Assembly (NCBI RefSeq): GCF_001405015.1
Contig: NZ_CYZX01000008.1
Location: forward strand, 58,133 to 90,132
DNA: 32,000 bases
Reading direction: 5' to 3'
From: Clostridium disporicum
Lineage (GTDB): Bacteria > Bacillota > Clostridia > Clostridiales > Clostridiaceae
Shown: piece by piece, positions 8,689-16,048 of the stretch
Numbering within the stretch: the stretch's first letter is position 1
Layout: every line of letters starts with the position of its first letter
Notes under the pieces: generated by a model
Told to the model about the DNA's origin: nothing
The model's input: only the letters and a program-made list of their open reading frames with translations
The model's database searches: none
Translations under genes and position numbers: made by a program

Positions 8689-9900
8689 TTATTGCATAGG
8701 AACAACCACAGTTGAGTTCTTATAATCATAGAACATTAACCAACATCCTACTTCATCACTGTCATTATCATTTACCCATGTAACAAATCCAGTCTTTCCA
8801 TCATAAGGTTGTTCATCTTTATCTTTCTTTCCTGGAATTCCATAAACTATATATTTTAAGTTTCCTTCAGAATCACATTTATATCCTAACATAAAATATC
8901 CATGTTTTTTAATATAAGGATAGTAGTTAAGCATAGGATAATACGCTAAAGTATATTTATTATAATTAGACATATTACACATTTCATATAAATCATTTAC
9001 AGGAACCTTATACCATTTTGTATATTTAACTTCCTTATATTTACCCTTACATCTTTCGAATCCGTTAGCTACTGCTTCAAAATATTCTCCTATACTACCT
9101 CTTATATCAGAAGCATCTGGGTCAAATTCCTTAACGGCTTCTATTTGTTCTTCATACTCTTCAAACTTACCTCTTAAGTTTTCCCTAGGAACATATGGAA
9201 CTTCCTCTACCTTCGGCTCTTCTACTTTTTCTTCTTCTACTTTAGTCTCTTCTGTATTTACTTCTTCTGCCCTAGGTTCTTCTTGAACCTTATCATTATT
9301 ATCATCTTTACTAATTGAAGAAATTTCTACAGGTTTATCATCATCATCTCTCTTTTTATGTTCACACTTATCTGATTTCTTTTCTGATTTTTTATCTGAC
9401 TTTTTATCATCCTTACAGTCATCTTTCTTAGGCTTTTTCTCCATAGTTATTGGTTTATGTTCATTGCATTTTACAACCTTATAATTCTTCCAATTGTCTG
9501 AAGGTTGTTCACTATTTAAAAATCCACACATAACATATATAGGTAGTCCATCTTTCATTTTAGTCACAGCAGCTCCACATATCTTATCAAAGCTAACTCC
9601 TAATCCACCTATATTAGACGCATCATACTCTTTTGTTATTTCTCCCTTACCAGTATCACTTATTACTATTTTTCCAAGATCGATTATTTGTTTGCAATCT
9701 TTCTTACAGCAGATAAGTACCATATGATAATCATCAGTATCTTTTTTCAAGTTTTGAGCATAGAAAGAAACTTTGCATTTTTCTGCTCTTGCTTCAATCT
9801 TAGAATATCCTGATAGCGTTTTACCTGTTGCATTAGAATATCCTCTCTCGTCTTCTTGCAATATTATAAAGTTTCTATACAATTTATTGTTACTTGCCAC
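8689..9900 (-). CDS. hypothetical protein with a K/D/E-rich repetitive central linker
   Basis: Long ORF open to 9945. GTG 9900 lies 9 nt after TGGAGG and is the favoured start (MASNNKLYRNF...). Two Cys-containing globular regions are separated by KKSDKKSEKKSDK and EETKVEEEKVEEPKVEEV repeats. No family recognised. Confidence 0.7.
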   Translation of the reverse strand: MASNNKLYRNFIILQEDERGYSNATGKTLSGYSKIEARAEKCKVSFYAQNLKKDTDDYHMVLICCKKDCKQIIDLGKIVISDTGKGEITKEYDASNIGGLGVSFDKICGAAVTKMKDGLPIYVMCGFLNSEQPSDNWKNYKVVKCNEHKPITMEKKPKKDDCKDDKKSDKKSEKKSDKCEHKKRDDDDKPVEISSISKDDNNDKVQEEPRAEEVNTEETKVEEEKVEEPKVEEVPYVPRENLRGKFEEYEEQIEAVKEFDPDASDIRGSIGEYFEAVANGFERCKGKYKEVKYTKWYKVPVNDLYEMCNMSNYNKYTLAYYPMLNYYPYIKKHGYFMLGYKCDSEGNLKYIVYGIPGKKDKDEQPYDGKTGFVTWVNDNDSDEVGCWLMFYDYKNSTVVVPMQ

Positions 9901-10002
9901 TCTATAGAACCTCCAATTTATATAAATTCCATATATTATATGCATTGCATAGCCAAATATGTTAATAATTAAAACTGAAGAATTTATAATTATTAATTAA
10001 TG

Positions 10003-10026
10003 AAAAAAGCCAGCTTTCGCTGACTT
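10003..10026 (-). terminator. intrinsic terminator of rnmV-ksgA
   Basis: Minus strand: agtcagc-gaaa-gctggct, followed by T6. Confidence 0.75.
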
Positions 10027-10040
10027 TAATTATTAATTAT

Positions 10041-10883
10041 TTAAATTATTTCATTTATACAATTAGATAATGTTGCAAATTCTTGTATAGTTAGTGTTTC
10101 TCCTCTTCTCTTAGGATCAACTCCAGCCTTTTCAAATGCCTCTTCTAATTTTTCTTTTGCTGGTCCAATGCTCTTTACGCCATTCCATAAAGTTTTTCTT
10201 CTCATATTAAATGAATTTCTTATTATATCAAAGAATAATTTTTCATTATCTACCTTTACTTTTGGTTCATCAAGTTTATCTAATCTTATAACTATAGAAT
10301 CTACCTTTGGTCTTGGTATAAAACAAGCAGGTGGTACTTTTCTAACAATCTTAGTATTACAATAGTATTGAACCAATAAAGTTAATGCACCATAATCCTT
10401 ATTACCAGGTTCTGCATTCATTCTCTCTGCTACTTCCTTTTGAATCATTATAGTTAATGATTTAAACTTATGCTTTTCCTTCAATAGCTTTACTATTATT
10501 GGAGTTGTAACATAATATGGAAGATTAGCAACTAGTTTTACGCTTTTCTCGTCACCTATTATCTCATCAAAGTTTACTTTTAATGCATCATTATGTATAA
10601 GACTAAAATTAGAATATCCTCCTAATTCTTCTGTAAGTATTGGTATTAGGGTATCATCTAATTCTATAGCTACAACTCTTTTAGCTATTTTTAATAATTG
10701 AGCTGTTAATGTACCTACCCCTGGTCCTATTTCTATAACTAAATCCTCTGGACCAACATCAGCTCCATCTACTATGTCTCTTGGAACAGATTGATCTACT
10801 AAAAAGTTTTGTCCTAAGCTTTTAGTAAATTTAAAATTATATTTTTTAACCAATTCGGCTGTTTTTACATCTTGTATATCCAT
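10041..10883 (-). CDS. rsmA: 16S rRNA (adenine1518/1519-N6)-dimethyltransferase
   Basis: [11 protein letters not shown] motif [12 protein letters not shown], and NLPYY motif. Immediately follows rnmV. Confidence 0.95.
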   Translation of the reverse strand: MDIQDVKTAELVKKYNFKFTKSLGQNFLVDQSVPRDIVDGADVGPEDLVIEIGPGVGTLTAQLLKIAKRVVAIELDDTLIPILTEELGGYSNFSLIHNDALKVNFDEIIGDEKSVKLVANLPYYVTTPIIVKLLKEKHKFKSLTIMIQKEVAERMNAEPGNKDYGALTLLVQYYCNTKIVRKVPPACFIPRPKVDSIVIRLDKLDEPKVKVDNEKLFFDIIRNSFNMRRKTLWNGVKSIGPAKEKLEEAFEKAGVDPKRRGETLTIQEFATLSNCINEII

Positions 10884-11438
10884 CTATTTACCCTCTTCTA
10901 ATTTTTTATCTATTTTATTTATAGCATTTATAAATTCTTCTTTAGTAATTCCGTAATTATTTAATCTAGATAACATTTGATTTGCATTACCATATCCTAT
11001 TCCTAGCTCTTTTCCTAGTTCAATTCTTCTTGCCTTAGAATTACTATCTCCAGTAAGCTTGAAATAAATCATATCCTCATAATCAAATACTTTTTCTTTT
11101 ACTTCTAATGTTACCTTAGCTCTATTTAATGCTTCTATTATAACTTCAGGAGTTGCATTTTCTACACCTATATCATCGCCCTTAATTCCGTCTTCTTGAG
11201 CAATATAAGCATGCTTTATCCCTGGCACTCTTTTAGCTATTATTTTTCTTATTTTTTCTCCAGCGAAATCTGGATCAGTAAGAACTATTACACCTTTTCT
11301 CTTTTGGGCTTCTTTAATTCTTGCTATTACCTTTGCATTAATTCCAAATCCACCAACTGCTATCATTTCTGCATCTACTGCTTGCTTTACTGCAGTAATA
11401 TCGTCTCTTCCCTCTACTACTATAACTTCTTTAATCAA
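10884..11438 (-). CDS. rnmV: ribonuclease M5 (Toprim domain)
   Basis: VVEGRDD ... VLTDPDFAGEKIR Toprim signature. TTG start 7 nt after AAGGAAG. Conserved rnmV-ksgA pairing. Confidence 0.9.
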   Translation of the reverse strand: MIKEVIVVEGRDDITAVKQAVDAEMIAVGGFGINAKVIARIKEAQKRKGVIVLTDPDFAGEKIRKIIAKRVPGIKHAYIAQEDGIKGDDIGVENATPEVIIEALNRAKVTLEVKEKVFDYEDMIYFKLTGDSNSKARRIELGKELGIGYGNANQMLSRLNNYGITKEEFINAINKIDKKLEEGK

Positions 11439-11577
11439 AGTACTATCTTCCTTTCATAGTATATCTTATATTACTGTATCCCTATATCTCTATTATGTCA
11501 AACTTTATAATAGCAAATCCACTCTTATAAAAAATTAGAATTTACATTTTTTATAATATATATTTTTATTTGTACAC

Positions 11578-11611
11578 ATATAAAAAGAGGCTAGTCCAAA
11601 CTAACCTCTTT
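11578..11611 (-). terminator. probable terminator of the yabE-like gene
   Basis: Minus strand: aaagagg-14 nt-cctcttt, followed by ttatat. Confidence 0.5.
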
Positions 11612-11614
11612 CCT

Positions 11615-12661
11615 TTACCATTCTCCTGGATAAGCTAATATATATACAGGCACACCATATTTTCTACCCCAACTGGTAGCGTGATCGTGACTATTTACAT
11701 ATATATCAATTATACTTCCTTGAATAGCTCCTCCTGTATCTGCGGCAACAGCTTTTCCATAGCCATCAACATATACTAATGATCCTAGCGGAATTACTCT
11801 TGGATCGACAGCTATAGTACTTATACCATTAGGGTTGTACACTGGAACAGTTCCAGTAGCGGTGATTCCATCACCTGTATAAGCTGTAGACTCACAATAC
11901 AGAAGTTCTTTATAATCAAGAACCTCTCCACTTCTACTTGCGAAGGTCCTTCTTGTCCCTTGAACAATTATTTTATTTACTGGTTCGGCTACTACCTTAG
12001 AACCTACTACTTCTCTAGAAACCTCTTTGCCATCTTTTTTCAGTATTCTATAAGTAATTTCTTTTTGCCCAGGAACTCCTTCTTGTCTAATTTCTTCAAC
12101 ACTTATGTCTAAACTTCCATCTTCTTCTGTAACTGTATCAAATTGAATTGTCTCAGTTGCGACTTCTTTTACCTCTTCAACCTTAACTAATTTAATTTGT
12201 AAATTCTTTTGTATTTTTGTATCAAGATTAGGCTCAACCTCATCTATATTCTTTATAAATTCAATTCCTTGTGACTTAAGCGCTTCGTATTCAGCATCTA
12301 ACATATCTTCTACAGTTTTTTCAGCTGTTAAAATTGATAATTCCTTATCCATTGTTATTAACTGAACCTCTACAGCTTTCGTAATTGTTATCTTTTCACC
12401 TTCTGATAATCTGTCATCTAAAGCTGGCTGCACTTTGTCCTTTTCAGTAAGTTCTATTCCTTGATCTAATACTAGATCTTTAACAGTCCCTTTAAATGTT
12501 GTAACTTTTACTTCATTTCCATCTACAACTAACGTTACAGTTTTTCTCAGACTCGCTACAGATAATGCTATAACTACCGTCACAATAGCACATAACAAAA
12601 TCTTTGCCTTAGGACTATTAGAAAAATTTCTTTTAAGGTATTCCTTACATTTTTCTATCAT
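11615..12661 (-). CDS. YabE-like cell-wall protein (TM anchor, DUF348 repeats, G5 domain, C-terminal 3D domain)
   Basis: N-terminal TM segment, repeated V..DG..v..t domains, a G5-like IRQEGVPGQKEITY segment, and a C-terminal 3D/RlpA-like region (STAYTGDG...IAVDPRVIPLGS...YVDGYG...ADTGGAI). Same position as B. subtilis yabE. Confidence 0.85.
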   Translation of the reverse strand: MIEKCKEYLKRNFSNSPKAKILLCAIVTVVIALSVASLRKTVTLVVDGNEVKVTTFKGTVKDLVLDQGIELTEKDKVQPALDDRLSEGEKITITKAVEVQLITMDKELSILTAEKTVEDMLDAEYEALKSQGIEFIKNIDEVEPNLDTKIQKNLQIKLVKVEEVKEVATETIQFDTVTEEDGSLDISVEEIRQEGVPGQKEITYRILKKDGKEVSREVVGSKVVAEPVNKIIVQGTRRTFASRSGEVLDYKELLYCESTAYTGDGITATGTVPVYNPNGISTIAVDPRVIPLGSLVYVDGYGKAVAADTGGAIQGSIIDIYVNSHDHATSWGRKYGVPVYILAYPGEW

Positions 12662-12891
12662 CTACCTAAACCTCCTTTGGCAAGAGTGTATTTGAATTAT
12701 ATTATAATTCAATACTTTTTGTCAAATTTACCACTCTTACTATATTTAACTACTAAAAATATACCACTGTACATAAAAAATAAAATAAATAAAATGATAG
12801 CTGTTTTTATAGTTATTAAAATGTTAAGTTTTTGATGATATTATGTTAATTGTGATGGAAATAAAAGGAAAATCTGTAGTATTATTTTACT

Positions 12892-13677
12892 TTACTTTTC
12901 TCTTGAAATCAACCTCTCAAAATTCTCATTTAATTTGATATTTGCATTAATCGGGTCAATTTTCTTTATTTCAGCTATTTGTTCTATTATATATTCAATA
13001 TAATCCGATTTATTCCTTTTTCCTCTATTAGGTACTGGTGCCATATAAGGGCAATCAGTTTCAACTAATAATCTATCAATAGGAATTTCATCCACTACTT
13101 CTACTATTTTTTTAGCATTTTTAAATGTAACTACTCCTGTTACTCCTATATAGTAACCTAATTTTACACATTCTTTAGCAAATTCTACACTACCTGAAAA
13201 ACAATGAACTATCCCCTTAACCTCTGGATATTCCTTCATTATATCTAGTGTATCTTTATGTGCATCCCTATCATGAATAACAACTGGAAGTTTTAACTCT
13301 CTAGCTAATTCCATCTGTTCTCTAAAGACTCTTTTTTGAGTTTCTCTATCTGGATTCTCTTCCCAATAATAATCTAATCCTATTTCTCCAATAGCTAATA
13401 TCTTTTTATTAGAATTAGCCTTTTCTATAATCTCAGCTCTAACGTCTTCATTATAATCATAAGCATCACTTGGATGTATCCCTAATGCCCCATATATAAA
13501 ATCATACTTTAATGTTAATTCATTAGTTGTAGTTAAGCTTTTTCTAGAGCAAGCACAATTTAATACTCCTATAACTCCAGCTTCTTGAATCTGTTTTAAT
13601 ACCTCTTCTCTATCTTCATCAAAAGCCTCATCATCATAGTGAGCATGTGTATCAAAAATCTTATATTTAGGTTCCAT
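12892..13677 (-). CDS. tatD: TatD family metal-dependent hydrolase/DNase (YabD)
   Basis: FDTHAHY..., EIGLDY, VIHDRDAH, VHCFSG, ETDCPY motifs. Confidence 0.92.
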   Translation of the reverse strand: MEPKYKIFDTHAHYDDEAFDEDREEVLKQIQEAGVIGVLNCACSRKSLTTTNELTLKYDFIYGALGIHPSDAYDYNEDVRAEIIEKANSNKKILAIGEIGLDYYWEENPDRETQKRVFREQMELARELKLPVVIHDRDAHKDTLDIMKEYPEVKGIVHCFSGSVEFAKECVKLGYYIGVTGVVTFKNAKKIVEVVDEIPIDRLLVETDCPYMAPVPNRGKRNKSDYIEYIIEQIAEIKKIDPINANIKLNENFERLISREK

Positions 13678-13716
13678 AATATATCTCCTTATTTTTCAAT
13701 TTAAATCATTATTCTT

Positions 13717-13744
13717 ATTATACCAAAGCTCAAAATTTTGATAA
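13717..13744 (-). promoter_or_regulatory. candidate promoter of tatD (extended -10)
   Basis: Minus strand: TTATCA-16 nt-TATAAT, preceded by TGg. Confidence 0.45.
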
Positions 13745-13780
13745 GTATATAAACATTAAATTTCAATCTTCTATATTCTT

Positions 13781-14063
13781 ATGTGGAACAAGAATAGGAA
13801 CAAGCTCCATTTTTTCCTATACGCGTGTATATGCGTGTACGCGCACCTATAATTACTTATTATTTATTATTCGTTCTTAATATATAATTCTTGTTCCCTT
13901 GTTCCAAACATTAATCAATCCTAGTATTTTAACCACTTCCCATATGGAACAACAAAAGGAACAAGACCGATTCTTGTTCCTCTTGTTCCACATATTATTC
14001 TATTTTTAAAAAGAATTGCTCTACTTTTAAAACTTGTTCCAAGCTCGTTCCACTTCTTGTTCC
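13781..14063. repeat. dense array of 11 copies of GGAACAAG/CTTGTTCC in both orientations
   Basis: GGAACAAG at 13785, 13797, 13946 (GGAACAAC) and 13958. CTTGTTCC at 13890, 13898, 13973, 13982, 14033, 14044 (CTCGTTCC) and 14056. The ends ATGTGGAACAAG (13781) and CTTGTTCCACAT (to 13993) are inverted repeats. Confidence 0.9.
13818..13846. other. perfect 29-nt alternating pyrimidine-purine tract (Z-DNA-prone), GC-rich
   Basis: tatacgcgtgtatatgcgtgtacgcgcac alternates Y-R at every position. It lies inside the first GGAACAAG/CTTGTTCC inverted pair. Confidence 0.9.
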
Positions 14064-14091
14064 AATTTCCTTTATGATGTAACACCTCTCA

Positions 14092-14868
14092 TTAATTGAA
14101 TCTTACATAAAATGAACCTTTATAATCATTTAGATAAACTTCTACCTTTTGTCCTGGTTCTACAAACATTCCTTCAGTAAATTCTTCAGCTGAAATTTTA
14201 TCTGTTTCTGATTTTAAATTTCCATCTTTATCGTATACCTTCACCACTATATCGCCTTTTTCTCTTTCTCCCTTACACCAAAAGCTATGCTGATTAGATG
14301 TAATTGTATATTCTAAAACGTCTGTTGTTCTTTCATTAAATACCCTACCTTGATATCCGCTTGTATCAAAAGTGTTAATCTCTTCGGTGTAGCTTCCAGT
14401 AATTCCAGAGAAACTAACGTAGCTTACTACGAACATACCCACAAATAAAATTGCTAATACTACTATTATAGAAACTACTATTATAATAGGTTTATTATTT
14501 ATTTTTCTTTTACTATTAGTTATTTCATCAGGTAGTTCTGTTGTACAATTAGGACAGAATCTCCACCCCGGTTGAACATTTTGTCCACAGTTAGGACAAA
14601 AGTTTCCACACCTTTCCCCACAGTATGGGCATAACTTTAAGTCTTTTGGTACTTCTTTTCCACAGTTATTGCATCTTCTTCTATCGCTTCTACTAACTAT
14701 TGCATAAACTATAATTCCAACTGGAAATGCTATAAATGCAGCTATAGTCCATAGCCACCAATACTCTTCTCCTCTTTTTCTTGAATCAAGAGCAACCCAA
14801 ATAGCTTGCCATATAAATAATCCAAAAATTATAGCCATAAAAATCATTGGCATAAACATAATTAACAT
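14092..14868 (-). CDS. membrane protein with PLD-N-like TM hairpin, double zinc ribbon and extracytoplasmic C-terminal domain
   Basis: CNNCG...CPYCG...CPNCG...CPNC zinc ribbons between TM segments. SD AAGGGGGA upstream. Last gene of the ECF sigma operon. Confidence 0.75.
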   Translation of the reverse strand: MLIMFMPMIFMAIIFGLFIWQAIWVALDSRKRGEEYWWLWTIAAFIAFPVGIIVYAIVSRSDRRRCNNCGKEVPKDLKLCPYCGERCGNFCPNCGQNVQPGWRFCPNCTTELPDEITNSKRKINNKPIIIVVSIIVVLAILFVGMFVVSYVSFSGITGSYTEEINTFDTSGYQGRVFNERTTDVLEYTITSNQHSFWCKGEREKGDIVVKVYDKDGNLKSETDKISAEEFTEGMFVEPGQKVEVYLNDYKGSFYVRFN

Positions 14869-14886
14869 AAAATTTCTCCCCCTTTT

Positions 14887-15207
14887 CTAATAAGACTTCT
14901 TTCTTTTTATTATAGGTATAATAAGTAACATCATCATTGATACAGAAACAAAATAATATCCTATAATTAATTTAGGTATATTCATAATCCTTTTATCAAT
15001 AACTGCTATCCTAGGCATAATTATAGCTAAGCATGTTATTAGTGATACAAATACAACTATTAATATAGAAATAAAAATCGCTCTTTTTACTCTCTTTCTT
15101 TCACGCTTTTTATCAAACTGTTTATCTACTATAGAAAATATGTCTAACTCTTTTATATATCCTAACTTATCTAAGCTTTCATCATTTAACATATTACTAT
15201 CATCCAT
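14887..15207 (-). CDS. small two-TM membrane protein, putative cognate anti-sigma factor
   Basis: Starts 5 nt after the sigma-factor stop, with SD GAGGTG. Cytoplasmic N-terminus followed by two hydrophobic helices. No ZAS motif. Confidence 0.55.
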   Translation of the reverse strand: MDDSNMLNDESLDKLGYIKELDIFSIVDKQFDKKRERKRVKRAIFISILIVVFVSLITCLAIIMPRIAVIDKRIMNIPKLIIGYYFVSVSMMMLLIIPIIKRKKSY

Positions 15208-15212
15208 TTATA

Positions 15213-15743
15213 TCACACCTCACTTCCTACTAATTTCTTTTTTAACCTTGATGCAGTATAGAACACTCTAGATTTTACAGTTCCCTCAGAACATTTAAAT
15301 ACCTTAGAGATTTCTTCATAAGAATATCCATAATAATGTTTCAATATAAATGATATTCGTTTTTCATAAGGCATTTTTTTCAACTCTTTAAGCATCTCTT
15401 CCACTTGTAGCCTATCTAATATAGTGTCGGTTTCATTATTTTCAATGTGGCTTAACTCTATTTCACAACTATAATCTATTTTTTTATTTTTTCTTATAAT
15501 ATCTCTATAATAATTAATAGATATTGATATTAACCATGATTGAAATTTCGATTTCCCTTTGAACTTATTTATATTAACAACAGCTTTTAAGCAAACTTCT
15601 TGAACTATATCTTGAGTTAGATCTTCATTAGCAGTCATTTTCAGGGTAAATCCATATAGAGCTTTATAATTATTCTGAAGCAATATGTTCATGGCATGTT
15701 TATTGCCATCTTGAGCTTTTTTGATTAGCTCTATCTCCTCCAC
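15213..15743 (-). CDS. ECF-type RNA polymerase sigma-70 family factor
   Basis: Region 2 (DLTQDIVQEVCLKA...FKGKSKFQSWLISISINYYRD) and region 4 (YGYSYEEISKVFKCSEGTVKSRVFYTASRLKK). GTG start 8 nt after AAGGGGG. Confidence 0.9.
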   Translation of the reverse strand: MEEIELIKKAQDGNKHAMNILLQNNYKALYGFTLKMTANEDLTQDIVQEVCLKAVVNINKFKGKSKFQSWLISISINYYRDIIRKNKKIDYSCEIELSHIENNETDTILDRLQVEEMLKELKKMPYEKRISFILKHYYGYSYEEISKVFKCSEGTVKSRVFYTASRLKKKLVGSEV

Positions 15744-15777
15744 TCTTAATACCCCCTTAAATTAACTTTCATTATTA

Positions 15778-15803
15778 AGACGTAATATCTTCAAAATAGT
15801 TCA
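15778..15803 (-). promoter_or_regulatory. ECF-type (autoregulatory) promoter candidate
   Basis: Minus strand: TGAAC-16 nt-CGTCT, about 35 nt upstream of the sigma-factor start. Matches the generic ECF GAAC/CGTC architecture. Confidence 0.55.
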
Positions 15804-15940
15804 TTTTAATTTCAAAAAATTTTGTTAATATTTTCTTTCCTTTTTTGACACTTAATTGACACAAAGAAAGGGTAATATAATACTTGTAAAGTAGTTAAAG
15901 CATTATTATTTACCCCTAAAAAACCACCTTAAATGAAACT

Positions 15941-15980
15941 CAAAATCTCTGATTTTATTAGTTGAAGTTACATTTCAGTA
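15941..15980 (+). repeat. truncated copy of the dispersed hairpin repeat family (copy C)
   Basis: aaatctctgattt and ttgaagttaca match the reverse complement of the copy downstream of metG (17641-17873). The middle part is missing. Confidence 0.7.
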
Positions 15981-16006
15981 GAAAGAGTTTCCTTATAAAG
16001 AATGGT

Positions 16007-16048
16007 AACTAGAGCCGACGTCCCCCAACTTAGGCTCTAGTTTTTTTT
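16007..16048. terminator. strong hairpin terminator overlapping the stop of the MetRS-like gene; U tract much better on the plus strand
   Basis: aactagagcc-16 nt-ggctctagtt (10 bp), followed by T8 on the plus strand. On the minus strand it is followed only by accattcttta. Confidence 0.7.

Noticed and set aside
12662-12891. c-di-AMP (ydaO) riboswitch upstream of the yabE-like cell-wall gene, as occurs for some such genes.
   Set aside because: The leader is almost pure A/T and lacks the G/C-rich conserved cores of that motif. Only an AT-rich near-palindrome (ttgaattatattataattcaa) is present.
13781-14063. Short ORFs inside the GGAACAAG array. Plus strand: 13781 (MWNKNRNKLHFFLYACICVYAHL) and 13943 (MEQQKEQDRFLFLLFHILFYF). 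Minus strand: a 38-codon ORF from 13993.
   Set aside because: None has a Shine-Dalgarno sequence. The similar N-termini simply reflect the inverted repeats.
13781-14063. Bona fide parS (Spo0J/ParB) site or LexA Cheo box.
   Set aside because: Only the half-site TGTTCCAC is present, and no CACGTG-centred 16-bp palindrome occurs anywhere I could see in the window. GAAC/GTTC pairs are not spaced as CGAAC-N4-GTTCG.
15845-15881. Sigma-A promoter on the plus strand (two TTGACA hexamers and a TATAAT).
   Set aside because: The spacers are 14 and 25 nt, both outside the functional 16-18 nt range.
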